A DNA stretch of 64,000 bases, from the NCBI GenBank assembly GCA_023266095.1, contig JAHFRV010000012.1, positions 5,042 through 69,041 on the forward strand, written 5' to 3'. The notes beneath the pieces were generated by a model. It ran no database searches. It was given only the letters and a program-made list of their open reading frames with translations, and was not told the origin of the DNA. Both the position numbers and the translations under genes were made by a program. Below, piece after piece: positions 15,501 through 24,931 of the stretch; within the stretch, counting starts at the first letter, position 1, and every line of letters begins with the position of its first letter. The stretch comes from Gammaproteobacteria bacterium (GTDB taxonomy: Bacteria > Pseudomonadota > Gammaproteobacteria > DRLM01).

Positions 15501-16346
15501 TCAACGGTTCTCGTTGCGCGAGATGCGCGCCAGCAGCCAGTCGAGGGCGGCGTAGGGTAGCACACGGCGGGCGGCGGCAAACAGATAGGTGGGCACGGTG
15601 ACCGGGTAACGTCGTCGCGGCCGCGGACTCTCCAAGGCGTGGATCACCCGTTTCAACACCGCCACGGGCGGTAGAGTGAAGGGCGCGGCGGGGCCGACTT
15701 TTTCCAGCCTCTTGAGCACGCCCCGATAGTGATCGCGATGGGCGCTGTGGTCGATGTCGATGGTGCGCCGGAAGCCGGCCAGGGAATTGGCGCGGAAGCG
15801 GCTCTTGATCGGGCCGGGCTCGATGAGTGCGACCTGTATGCCGCTGCCCGCCAACTCCAAACGCAAGGTATCGACCAGTCCTTCAAGGGCGAACTTGCTG
15901 GCGTTATACGCGCCGCGATACGGCATGGCCACCAGGCCGAGCAGCGAGCTGTTGTAAATGAGCCGGCCGCGGCCTTGGGCGCGCATGACGGGGATGATGC
16001 GATTGGTGAGTTCCTGGGTGCCGAACAGATTGGTCTCGAATTGCGCCCGCAATACCGCGCGGCTCAAATCCTCCACCGCGCCGGCCTGGCCGTAAGCGGC
16101 ATTGTTGAACAGCGCGTCCAGGGTGCCGCCGGTGCGGAGCAGCACTTCATCCACCGCCTGGTCGATGGAAACGGAATCGTCCAGATCCAAGCGCAAGGTC
16201 TCCAACCCCTGACCTTGTAGACGGGCCACGTCTTCCGGTTGGCGGGCGCTGGCGAAAACCCGGTAACCGCGTTGCCGCAGGCCGTGCGCCACACACAGAC
16301 CGATGCCGCTGGAGCAACCGGTGATCAAGACGGACGGGGTGGTCAT
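15501..16346 (-). CDS. SDR-family oxidoreductase
   Basis: Rossmann motif VLITGCSSGIG, NNAAYG, and catalytic YNASK. ATG 16344-16346 (MTTPSVLITG) preferred over the TTG track start. Confidence 0.85.
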   Translation of the reverse strand: MTTPSVLITGCSSGIGLCVAHGLRQRGYRVFASARQPEDVARLQGQGLETLRLDLDDSVSIDQAVDEVLLRTGGTLDALFNNAAYGQAGAVEDLSRAVLRAQFETNLFGTQELTNRIIPVMRAQGRGRLIYNSSLLGLVAMPYRGAYNASKFALEGLVDTLRLELAGSGIQVALIEPGPIKSRFRANSLAGFRRTIDIDHSAHRDHYRGVLKRLEKVGPAAPFTLPPVAVLKRVIHALESPRPRRRYPVTVPTYLFAAARRVLPYAALDWLLARISRNENR

Positions 16347-16510
16347 TGCTGAAGTTATCGTTAGGTTGTAGTGCGCCGGCAATTCTACGCGCTGGCGGCC
16401 GACAGGTTAAGCGGAAATCGAGCTGGGATGAGCGGGTTGCGGACCGGCCGGATTAATTTTTAATTTGACCTCACCAGGATGGGCCGTCATTTTCAATGGT
16501 GGCCGGCTAT

Positions 16511-16546
16511 AGAAAATAAAGAGGAGCGAAAATCACATTTTTCGCT
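16511..16546 (-). terminator. rho-independent-type terminator after the LysR-family gene
   Basis: On the minus strand the hairpin agcgaaaa/ttttcgct (16525-16546) is followed by cctctttattttct (16511-16524). It is preceded by a second hairpin ctaccct/agggtag (16545-16573). Confidence 0.5.
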
Positions 16547-16629
16547 ACCCTTGCTCTGAAAATTCCAGGGTAGAAGTATCCAGAGCTTCCTTGATAATAA
16601 AATAATAAATGGGTTATGCCATTTGAAGA

Positions 16630-17562
16630 TTACAGCGTCGGGATAGTCACCTTAGCCAGAGACTTCGATGCTCTCTCCTTAAACACTCGCGCTAACACCT
16701 CCACCGCGGTATCAATAAATGCCCGCAACTTCAGCGGCACGAATTTATGTCTGGGATACACCAGATGAATCGGATCGACCTTGGCGCGCCATTCGGGAAG
16801 GATGCGCAGCAAGCGGCCGCTGTTCACTTCCGCGCGGCAGGCGTAGGTAGGCAGCAGCGCCACGCCGTGCCCCGCCAGGGCGAGCGCCTTGATCAGATTC
16901 AAATCATTGCCCAGTACCTGGCTAGTTAAAGAGACGGTAAGCGTGTTCTTGCTATCGATCAATCGCCAGCTCTCCTTGCCCAGCGGCGTGAATTGCAGGC
17001 AGCCATGTTGCCTTAGCTCGGTCGGATGAATGGGTGTACCTGCTTTATCGAGGTACGCGGGACTCGCGAACGGCACCCAATGAGCGGTGCCGACCTTTTT
17101 AGCGATGAGTCCCGAGTCACGCAGTTCGCCGGCGCGGATCGCAAGATCGACGCCTTCGGCGACGAGGTCCACCAAGCGGTCGGTGAAGATGAGCTCGATA
17201 CTCACCCTGGGATGTTGCTTTCTAAAGTCGCAGATCAATTCGGTCAAGCAATCGTTGCCGATGTCGATGGGCGCGGTGACCCGCAGCAAACCTTGCGGCT
17301 CGTCCTGCGCCGAGCTGAGCTCCGCCTCGGCCTTGAGGATTTCCTCGAGCCCGAGTGAAGCCTGGCGAAAATACGCTTCACCGGCCTGGGTCAAGCGCAA
17401 TTTGCGGGTGGTGCGCTGTAACAGCGTGACGCCCAAGCGCCGTTCGAGCGCCGAGATCCGCGCGCTCACCGTGGAGTTGGGCATGCTTAACTGTTTGGCG
17501 GCCTGGCTGAAACTGCCGGCCTGGACGACTTTGACGAACACCCGGATTTCATTGAGATCCAT
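16630..17562 (-). CDS. LysR-family transcriptional regulator
   Basis: N-terminal wHTH (MDLNEIRVFVKVVQAGSFSQAAKQLSMPNSTVSARISALE) plus a substrate-binding domain. Divergent from the pirin gene. ATG 17560-17562 preferred. Confidence 0.85.
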   Translation of the reverse strand: MDLNEIRVFVKVVQAGSFSQAAKQLSMPNSTVSARISALERRLGVTLLQRTTRKLRLTQAGEAYFRQASLGLEEILKAEAELSSAQDEPQGLLRVTAPIDIGNDCLTELICDFRKQHPRVSIELIFTDRLVDLVAEGVDLAIRAGELRDSGLIAKKVGTAHWVPFASPAYLDKAGTPIHPTELRQHGCLQFTPLGKESWRLIDSKNTLTVSLTSQVLGNDLNLIKALALAGHGVALLPTYACRAEVNSGRLLRILPEWRAKVDPIHLVYPRHKFVPLKLRAFIDTAVEVLARVFKERASKSLAKVTIPTL

Positions 17563-17739
17563 GGCGGGATTATGCAGAATACTGAACAATAATTCCATTT
17601 AATGCCATCTAATAATCTATCTCCGCCGCACGTACATTATATTAACAGTCAGCAAACAGACTCTCCTCCACCCTGTTCCCGTTGCGGGAAGGAGATAGCG
17701 TTCGCCACCGGGTTGAGCCCACACCGCAAGGAGATCGAA

Positions 17740-18612
17740 ATGAAAAAACTGTCCTTCATCCAAAGCCAGGACCAGCGCCATTGGGTAGGCGATGGTTTTC
17801 CGGTGCGCAGCATCTTCTCTTACAACGACCTCAGCGCGGAAATGTCGCCGTTCCTGCTCTTGGACTACGCGGGACCGACCACTTTCCCGCCCTCGACGCA
17901 TCGCCGCGGCGTGGGCGAACATCCGCATCGCGGCTTCGAGACGGTGACGATAGTCTACTCGGGCGAGGTGGAACATCGCGACTCGTCGGGCGGCGGCGGC
18001 ATCATCGGCCCCGGCGACGTGCAGTGGATGACGGCGGCCGGCGGGATCGTGCACGAGGAATTTCACGGCCCCAACTACGCCAAACAGGGCGGCCCGTTCG
18101 AGATGATACAACTCTGGGTGAATCTGCCCGCCAAGGACAAGATGACGGCGCCCGGTTATCAAGCCATCACCCAGGCGCAAATTCCGCCTTTGGATCTGCC
18201 CAACGGCGCCGGGACGATTCGGGTAATCGCGGGTAGCTACAACGGGACCGACGGGCCCGCTCTAACCTTCACGCGCATGAATATCTGGGATGTGCGCTTG
18301 AACGCGGGCCACCGCGCCGAGTTTAAAGTGATCGCCGGCGATACCACGGCGTTATTCGTATTGAAAGGCCGCATCCGTATTGCGGAAGGCAAGGAAGCGG
18401 GTGAAGCCGACCTGGCGGTGCTGGAGCGGGACGGTGAACAGCTGGCGATCGAGGCCGTGGAAGACACCACGCTGCTGTTCCTCCACGGCCAGCCGCTCAA
18501 TGAACCGGTGGTGGGTTACGGACCCTTCGTTATGAATACCCAGGCCGAGATCCGGCAAGCGATCACTGATTATCAGAGCGGACGGATGGGACACATCGGC
18601 AAGCGTGCCTGA
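17740..18612 (+). CDS. pirin-family protein
   Basis: Cupin metal site HPHRGFETVT..GEVEH.D. AAGGAG 6 nt upstream of ATG 17740. The 46 upstream codons in the track ORF are not family-like. Confidence 0.9.
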   Translation: MKKLSFIQSQDQRHWVGDGFPVRSIFSYNDLSAEMSPFLLLDYAGPTTFPPSTHRRGVGEHPHRGFETVTIVYSGEVEHRDSSGGGGIIGPGDVQWMTAAGGIVHEEFHGPNYAKQGGPFEMIQLWVNLPAKDKMTAPGYQAITQAQIPPLDLPNGAGTIRVIAGSYNGTDGPALTFTRMNIWDVRLNAGHRAEFKVIAGDTTALFVLKGRIRIAEGKEAGEADLAVLERDGEQLAIEAVEDTTLLFLHGQPLNEPVVGYGPFVMNTQAEIRQAITDYQSGRMGHIGKRA

Positions 18613-19004
18613 ACCCCGCCGACACCGTAAGCCCTGATTGATCTTGCGGCACAAGCAGTGTGGAATGAGCGACGCCGCGTCGGGCGGGCAGATCAGGGAA
18701 AGGTATTCTTTGGTGATGATCGAGGCGGTGCCGTTCAATGCCCTGGCAAGAAAATTTTTGTCTTCTTTCAACCAACGCCGATAGCTGTCGGGTGAAAAAC
18801 CCTAGGCTTTTTTTTCGGTATCAGAGCCCCGCGCTGAAGAATGGATACATAATCATATCCAGGCAGGGTCTGCCGCACAGGCACCGAGGGCCTTTGCCAA
18901 AAGCGAGTGGAGGCGGATTTCCCTCGGCATTGCGGATGTCGAGAAAGAGAGTGAAGATGCCGCCTACCACACGGAAACAGGCGGCTAGTCAATTGCCAGC
19001 ACCC

Positions 19005-19112
19005 GCCAAGGAGAGCCAAGCGAGGGCGAAAAGCCCGCGGTAGCTGCAAAGCGGGGTCAGTCCTTGTGGGTAGCCCTTAACTGCTGTTAGTAGCGTGTCG
19101 GGGCGGACGCAG
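19005..19112 (+). repeat. 108-nt repeat, copy B
   Basis: Same length and orientation as 10472-10579. Both termini are near identical (gccaaggagagc.., ..ggcggacgcag). Confidence 0.7.
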
Positions 19113-19194
19113 TACCAACGCATTGAACTGAGATTTATTATCCCGGCCTCAGCCCACAGAATTTCTGACGCCGCCCCGTCACCCCGCCAGCCAT

Positions 19195-20025
19195 TTACTT
19201 CATTTCGATTTTGGCCTTGCTGCGCAAGGTTTCCAGGTATTGAGAAATATGCTGGGATTGCACCACGTCATCCAAGCGGTCTTTGACGTCATCATAGCTG
19301 GGCGGGGTGACTTTGCGCACGTCATCGAGGAGGACGACATGCCAGCCGAATTGGCTCTGGACCGGCTTTTTGCTGTATTTGCCTTTTTCCAGCGCGGCGG
19401 CGGCTTGCGAGAAAGCCGGGACCATTTGCGCCGGATTGAACCAGCCTAAATCGCCGCCGCGTTCCGCGGAAGCACGATCCTTGGACTTGCTTTTGGCCAG
19501 GGCGCTGAAGTCACCGCCTTTATCCAATTGGGCGATCAGTTCCTTCGCTTCGGTTTCACTGTCCACCAGTATGTGGCGGGCTTTGAATTCCTTGAGTTCC
19601 TGGCCCGCGACTTTTTCTTGGTAGACCTTGCGCTTCTCGGCTTCGGTGGCTGGCTTGCCGCGTAGCATTTCGTTTACCGCGGCATTGGAGAGTACGGTGC
19701 GTTTTTGGTTGTGCAACTCAGTAATGACGATGGGATTTTTATCCATGCCTTTGGCCAGGGCGTCTTGATAGAGCAACTCGCGATCCACCAGGCTCTGCAC
19801 CGCGTCTTGGCGGCTGAGCTGTTGCTGGGGATTGAAGGAGCGAGCGAAGGCGGCGAGGTCGAGGTTGGTAAGGCTGGTGCCGTTGACGGTGGCGATCACT
19901 TGATTGGGGTTGTTCTGGCCGACGGGGCTGGCGGGCTCAGCGGCGTGGACGGAACTGGCGTTAGCGACCATCAGGGCGGCGGCGGTCAGCAACGTCAACT
20001 GGGAAGCAAAGCGTAGGTTATTCAT
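19195..20025 (-). CDS. periplasmic parvulin-type peptidyl-prolyl isomerase
   Basis: Signal peptide MNNLRFASQLTLLTAAALMVANASSVHA. PpiC/parvulin core FKARHILVDSE..GGDLGWF..FGWHVVLL. Confidence 0.85.
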   Translation of the reverse strand: MNNLRFASQLTLLTAAALMVANASSVHAAEPASPVGQNNPNQVIATVNGTSLTNLDLAAFARSFNPQQQLSRQDAVQSLVDRELLYQDALAKGMDKNPIVITELHNQKRTVLSNAAVNEMLRGKPATEAEKRKVYQEKVAGQELKEFKARHILVDSETEAKELIAQLDKGGDFSALAKSKSKDRASAERGGDLGWFNPAQMVPAFSQAAAALEKGKYSKKPVQSQFGWHVVLLDDVRKVTPPSYDDVKDRLDDVVQSQHISQYLETLRSKAKIEMK

Positions 20026-20047
20026 GGAATCAATTCCTATCGTGTAA

Positions 20048-20338
20048 TTAATTGTTAGCGCCGGGTCGCTCTTCGGGGCTGCGGGCCTGGATGCTCAAGG
20101 CGTGGATATCAACATGCATCATGTCGCGCAGCGCATCGTATACCATGCGGTGGCGTTCCAACAACGGTTTGCCGGTGAAGCGGCCGGAGACGAGGTGGAC
20201 GGTGTAGTGGCCGCCGCCGAGGGCGCCGGCGTGGCCGATGTGTTGATCACTGTCGTCGATGACATCGAGGTCGGTCGGCGCCAGAGCGAGGGTCAGCTGC
20301 GCGCGGATACGGGCGATACGTTCGGCGGCCGGGTTCAC
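20048..20338 (-). CDS. BolA-family protein
   Basis: 96 aa. [12 protein letters not shown]...HRMVYDAL...IHALSIQA pattern of BolA/YrbA proteins. Confidence 0.85.
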   Translation of the reverse strand: MNPAAERIARIRAQLTLALAPTDLDVIDDSDQHIGHAGALGGGHYTVHLVSGRFTGKPLLERHRMVYDALRDMMHVDIHALSIQARSPEERPGANN

Positions 20339-20640
20339 GGCAACACTTTTTTGAAAGGCCGCACAGTCACCTTGGTGTAGACGCCGCCGCTCAGATAGGG
20401 GTCGGCATAGGCCCAGGCTTCCGCATCCTGCAGCGATGGAAACTCGGCGACGATCAGGCTGCCGGTGAAACCGGCGGGACCGGGATCCGCCGAGTCGATA
20501 GCGGGAAATGGGCCCGACAGCAACAAACGGCCTTCACTCTTCAAGGTTTCGAGGCGGGCGAGATGGGCCGGGCGGTTGGCGATACGCCGCGGCAGGCTGT
20601 CGGCGACGTCTTCCCCGATGATGGTGTAAAACATGATCAC
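20335..20640 (-). CDS. yciI: YciI-family protein
   Basis: 101 aa. [16 protein letters not shown]...DPY pattern. 4-nt overlap with the BolA gene. Conserved yciB-yciI context. Confidence 0.8.
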   Translation of the reverse strand: MIMFYTIIGEDVADSLPRRIANRPAHLARLETLKSEGRLLLSGPFPAIDSADPGPAGFTGSLIVAEFPSLQDAEAWAYADPYLSGGVYTKVTVRPFKKVLP

Positions 20641-20656
20641 CGTCCTTTTTTACAGT

Positions 20657-21196
20657 TCAGGTCTCTTGGTCCGGTTTGATGTGGCGGCTCAAGTAAAAAG
20701 CTTGCGCGATGATAAACACCACGGTCAGGCCCATCATGCCGAAGAGTTTGAAGTTGACCCAGGTATCCGTGTCGTAGTTGAAGGCGACATATAAATTGGC
20801 CGCGCCCATGGTCACGAAAAAGCTTACCCAGCTCATATTCAGCCGCAGCCAAATCGGTTCCGGCAGACTGATGTTGGCTGCCATCATGCGTTTCAACAGG
20901 GATTGTTTGCCGATGAATTGGCTGCCGAGGAAGGCCGCGGCGAATAGCCAGTTCACCAAAGTGGGTTTCCACTTGATGAAGGTTTCATCATGCAAGAGCA
21001 AGGTGAGACCGCCGAAGACCACGATGACCCCGAGGGTGATCCAATACATGTTCTCTACTTTGCCATGCCGGCACCAGACCCAGCCCACCTGAAGGATGGA
21101 GGCCACGATCGCCACAGCGGTGGCTACATAGATGTCGTAGAGTTTATAGGCGGCGAAGAACAGGACGATGGGGAGGAAATCGAATAAAAATTTCAT
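20657..21196 (-). CDS. yciB: intracellular septation protein A
   Basis: MKFLFDFLPIVLFFAAYKLYDIYVATAVAI... is the typical YciB/IspZ N-terminus, followed by 5 TM segments. ATG 21194-21196 preferred over the track start 21283. Confidence 0.85.
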   Translation of the reverse strand: MKFLFDFLPIVLFFAAYKLYDIYVATAVAIVASILQVGWVWCRHGKVENMYWITLGVIVVFGGLTLLLHDETFIKWKPTLVNWLFAAAFLGSQFIGKQSLLKRMMAANISLPEPIWLRLNMSWVSFFVTMGAANLYVAFNYDTDTWVNFKLFGMMGLTVVFIIAQAFYLSRHIKPDQET

Positions 21197-21297
21197 AATT
21201 TGGGATTGGACGCGCGCTGCTTGCGAAGAGCCGGTATCATACTCCATTTTTCGCGGTCCTGCCCAGCGTCCGGATTGTGCCAAGCCGAGAACGATGA

Positions 21298-22140
21298 ATG
21301 CTGAAATATGATCTACATTGCCATTCCACGGCGTCCGATGGCACTTTGTCGCCGTCGTTGCTGGTAGAACACGCCTGCCGCCAGGGCGTGGACGTGTTGG
21401 CCTTGACCGATCATGATGTGACCTGTGGCGTGGCTGAGGCGCAGGCGGCGGCGACCGGCACGGATGTGCGGGTGGTGGCGGGTGTCGAGGTGTCGGCGAC
21501 CTGGAACCATCAATTGCTGCATATCGTCGGCTTGGGAGTGAACCCCGCCGCGCCGGCCTTGATCAATGGACTGGAGGGTCAACGTGTCTTCCGGGTGTGG
21601 CGAGGTGAAGAGATCGGCCGCCGTCTCGAAAAACGCGGTATCGCCGGTGCTTATGCCGGTGCGGCGGCTTTGGCCGGTGGGCCGGCGGTCAGCCGTACTC
21701 ACTTTGCCCGTTACCTGGTGGCACAGGGCCATGCCAGGGACATGGCCAAAGCCTTCGACAGCTATCTCAAGCGTGGTAAGCCCGGCTATGTGCCGGGGCA
21801 GTGGGCCGGACTGGAGGACGCCGTCGCTTGGATACGCGCCGCGGGTGGGCAGGCTGTCGTGGCTCATCCCGCCCGTTACACGTTGAGCGCCACTCGCTTG
21901 CGGCAATTGTTGAGCGAATTTAAGGCGCTGGGCGGCGCGGCGGTGGAGGTGATCTCCGGCAGTCAGCCTCACGGCGCGACGCCGGCCTTGATCGCTTATG
22001 CGCGGCAGTTCGATTTGCGGGCCTCGGTGGGTTCGGATTATCACGGGCCGGGGCAGGGACCCAATGAGCTGGGCCGGATGCCGGTCTTGCCGGCGGGCTG
22101 CGTACCGGTGTGGGAAGATTGGGCCGCGCCGGCCCGCTGA
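21298..22140 (+). CDS. trpH: PHP-domain phosphoesterase (TrpH/YciV type)
   Basis: DLHCHSTASDG and LTDHD metal-binding motifs. 280 aa. Confidence 0.85.
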   Translation: MLKYDLHCHSTASDGTLSPSLLVEHACRQGVDVLALTDHDVTCGVAEAQAAATGTDVRVVAGVEVSATWNHQLLHIVGLGVNPAAPALINGLEGQRVFRVWRGEEIGRRLEKRGIAGAYAGAAALAGGPAVSRTHFARYLVAQGHARDMAKAFDSYLKRGKPGYVPGQWAGLEDAVAWIRAAGGQAVVAHPARYTLSATRLRQLLSEFKALGGAAVEVISGSQPHGATPALIAYARQFDLRASVGSDYHGPGQGPNELGRMPVLPAGCVPVWEDWAAPAR

Positions 22141-22185
22141 GTTTTGATGCGCGGTTCGCGCGTATGCGAAGGAATTGGATAGCTC

Positions 22186-22818
22186 ATGTCACGCTTCGTC
22201 GTCATCCACCCGGATAACCCTCAGCCGCGTTCGATCGGTCAGGTGGTGGAATGCCTGGCCGAGGGCGGGGTGGTAGTGTATCCCACCGATTCCAGTTATG
22301 CCTTGGGTTGCCGGATCGGCGATAAAGACGCGATGGAGCGGATACGCCGCATTCGCCAGCTCGATGAAAAACACAACTTCTCGTTGGTGTGCCGTGATCT
22401 GTCGGAGATCGCCACCTATGCCATGGTGGATAATTCGGCTTATCGCCTGTTGCGCGCGCTCACGCCGGGACCTTATACCTTCATCTTGCAGGCTACCCGG
22501 CAAGTGCCGCGCCGTCTGCAGCATCCCAAGCGCAAGACCGTCGGTATCCGGGTGCCGGATAATTCCATCGCGCAGGCGATATTAGCTGCGGTGGGCGAAC
22601 CTTTGATGAGTTCCACCCTGGTATTGCCGGGCGAGGACATGGCCCTCACCGATCCTTACGACATGCAGGCTTTCCTGGGTGAGCGGGTCGACATGATAAT
22701 CGATGGCGGGTATTGCGGTTTCGGATTCACCACCGTGGTGGACATGACCGAAGGAGTGCCCCAGGTGTTGCGGGTGGGTAAGGGTGATCCCAATATTTTT
22801 TTCGCGCAGGTTGGATAG
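22186..22818 (+). CDS. yciO: YciO / Sua5-YrdC-family protein
   Basis: VYPTDSSYALGC, K.R......L and PSTVVD-like TTVVDMT motifs. Follows trpH as in enterics. Confidence 0.8.
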   Translation: MSRFVVIHPDNPQPRSIGQVVECLAEGGVVVYPTDSSYALGCRIGDKDAMERIRRIRQLDEKHNFSLVCRDLSEIATYAMVDNSAYRLLRALTPGPYTFILQATRQVPRRLQHPKRKTVGIRVPDNSIAQAILAAVGEPLMSSTLVLPGEDMALTDPYDMQAFLGERVDMIIDGGYCGFGFTTVVDMTEGVPQVLRVGKGDPNIFFAQVG

Positions 22819-22984
22819 CGCCCGGATAGACAGGCCGTCCTGCCCCCTCCGCTGCGAGCGCTGGCCCGATCTCTCAAAAAAGGATATTCCATGAATTTTC
22901 ACAGCGGCCCGGCGCGGCTGTCAGGCCGGGAAATCAGCGCGGCGTTCAAGTCACCCTTCACCACAAAACAGGTATACTCCGCCG

Positions 22985-23638
22985 ATGCAAGAGCTTAACT
23001 TTGTGCAGCAATTGGCGGTGTGGGCGCTGCCGGTACTCTTCGCCATCACCGTCCATGAAGTCGCCCATGGCTGGGTGGCCCGCCAACTGGGCGATCCCAC
23101 CGCCATGATGCTGGGGCGTTTGACCCTCAATCCACTCAAACACATCGATCCCATCGGTACGGTGTTGGTGCCGATCGCGCTGCTGTTCCTGGGCGGGGTA
23201 CTGTTCGGCTGGGCCAAACCGGTGCCCATTAACGCGGCGAATCTCCGCAACCCGAAGCGCGATATGGCCTTGGTCGCGGCAGCCGGACCGCTCTCCAACC
23301 TGTTGATGGCATTGATTTGGGCTTTGATCATGAAGCTGGCGTTGAGCTTGTCGGCCAGTCTTGCCGGCTTGGCCTTGCCGCTCAGTTATATGTGTGTCGC
23401 GGGTATCTCGATTAATGTCATTTTGCTGGTGTTGAATCTTTTACCCATTCCTCCCCTGGACGGCAGCCGGGTAGTGGCGGGTTTACTGCCCGGTCCCTGG
23501 GCGTGGCAGTACAATCGCATCGAGCCGTATGGTTTGTTCATCTTGCTGGGGCTGATGTTGGCCGGGATATTGGGTAAAGTATTGTCGCCGCCGGTGATGC
23601 TGATCCAGACCGGGCTTTATCGCTTGCTGGGCTTGTGA
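22985..23638 (+). CDS. site-2 protease family (M50) membrane metalloprotease
   Basis: HEVAHG (HExxH) in TM1 and NLLPIPPLDG in a later TM. 217 aa. Confidence 0.8.
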   Translation: MQELNFVQQLAVWALPVLFAITVHEVAHGWVARQLGDPTAMMLGRLTLNPLKHIDPIGTVLVPIALLFLGGVLFGWAKPVPINAANLRNPKRDMALVAAAGPLSNLLMALIWALIMKLALSLSASLAGLALPLSYMCVAGISINVILLVLNLLPIPPLDGSRVVAGLLPGPWAWQYNRIEPYGLFILLGLMLAGILGKVLSPPVMLIQTGLYRLLGL

Positions 23639-23686
23639 TTTCAACTCGAATAAAATAGTTTAAACATTTAATTTACTAGGGAGAAG

Positions 23687-24907
23687 GTGTTGAGCGTCAT
23701 TCCCAATCAGCCGCAGCGGGTGCTGTCCGGCATGCGACCGACCGGCCGTTTGCATCTGGGGCATTACCATGGGGTATTGAAGAACTGGCTGCGTCTGCAG
23801 CATGAATACAGTTGTTACTTTTTCGCGGCCGATTGGCACGCGCTGACCACCGATTACGAAAATCCCCGTGATATCAGCGCCAACACCTGGGAGATGCTCA
23901 TCGACTGGCTAGCGGTGGGTATCAATCCCAAAGCCGCCAAACTGTTCATTCAGTCGCGGGTGCCGGAACACGCCGAGTTACACCTCCTGTTATCGATGAT
24001 GACGCCCCTCGGCTGGCTGGAACGGGTGCCCACCTACAAGGACCAGCAGGAGAAGCTCAAGGAAAAGGACCTGGCCACTTACGGTTTTCTCGGTTATCCG
24101 CTGTTGCAGGCGGCGGACATACTTATTTATAAAGCCACCTCGGTGCCGGTGGGCGAAGATCAGGTGGTACATATCGAGTTGGCGCGGGAAGTGGCGCGTC
24201 GTTTCAATCATTTGTACGGCGGCGAGCGGGACTTCGCGGAAAAGGCCGAGGTGGCCGCTCACAAGATGGGTAAGAAGAGCGGCAAGCTTTACAGTGAATT
24301 GCGAAAGAAATTTCAGGAAACAGGTGATCAGGAGGCACTGGCTACCGCGCGAGCTTTGCTCGAGTCACAGCAAAACCTGACCCTCGGTGACCGCGAACGT
24401 CTGTTCGGCTATTTGGAAGGGGTGAGCCGAGTCATCCTGCCCGAGCCCCACCCCTTACTGACGCCGATGCCTAAGATGCCCGGCCTGGACGGTCAGAAGA
24501 TGTCAAAGTCCTACGGCAATACTATCGGCCTGCGCGAAGAACCGGCGGCGGTGAAGAATAAATTGAAAACCATGCCCACCGACCCGGCACGGGTGCGACG
24601 CACCGATCCGGGTAATCCCGAGAAATGTCCGGTCTGGCAATTCCATAAGGTGTATTCTTCCGACCATGTGAAAAACTGGGTGGTAGAGGGTTGCACCAGC
24701 GCGGGCATCGGTTGCCTGGACTGCAAACAGCCCATCATCGAGGCGGTGCTGGCGGAACAAGCGCCGATCCGTGAGCGTGCAATAGAATTTTCCAGCGATA
24801 CCAGTGTGGTGCGCAATATCGTGGCCGAAGGCTGTGAAGAGGCGCGCGACGTGGCCCGCGCCACCTTGAGTGAGGTGCGACATGCTCTTGGCCTGCCATC
24901 AAAATGA
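23687..24907 (+). CDS. trpS: tryptophan--tRNA ligase (long form with ~70-aa insertion)
   Basis: Class I motifs GRLHLGHYHG (HIGH) and KMSKSYGN (KMSKS). 406 aa versus the ~335 aa of the compact bacterial form. Confidence 0.9.
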   Translation: MLSVIPNQPQRVLSGMRPTGRLHLGHYHGVLKNWLRLQHEYSCYFFAADWHALTTDYENPRDISANTWEMLIDWLAVGINPKAAKLFIQSRVPEHAELHLLLSMMTPLGWLERVPTYKDQQEKLKEKDLATYGFLGYPLLQAADILIYKATSVPVGEDQVVHIELAREVARRFNHLYGGERDFAEKAEVAAHKMGKKSGKLYSELRKKFQETGDQEALATARALLESQQNLTLGDRERLFGYLEGVSRVILPEPHPLLTPMPKMPGLDGQKMSKSYGNTIGLREEPAAVKNKLKTMPTDPARVRRTDPGNPEKCPVWQFHKVYSSDHVKNWVVEGCTSAGIGCLDCKQPIIEAVLAEQAPIRERAIEFSSDTSVVRNIVAEGCEEARDVARATLSEVRHALGLPSK

Positions 24908-24931
24908 CTGAGACTAAACGGCTTACGATAT

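Noticed and set aside
16383-16629. Possible extra copy of the IS terminal motif (ccaccatt at ~16490, minus strand) and a small RNA in the AT-rich SDR/LysR spacer.
   Set aside because: Only an 8-nt match. The hairpins are adequately explained as the LysR-gene terminator.
18738-19043. 101-aa plus-strand ORF and 93-aa minus-strand ORF (18768-19049) across the relic and repeat copy B.
   Set aside because: Both run into the non-coding repeat (their ends are repeat sequence). The composition is noise-like, and the underlying relic is readable only with frameshifts.
22891-22998. 35-codon ORF (MNFHSGPARLSGREISAAFK...) with an AAGGA upstream, overlapping the M50 protease start.
   Set aside because: It is short and unconserved by eye, and it overlaps the better-supported protease start. 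Evidence is insufficient.
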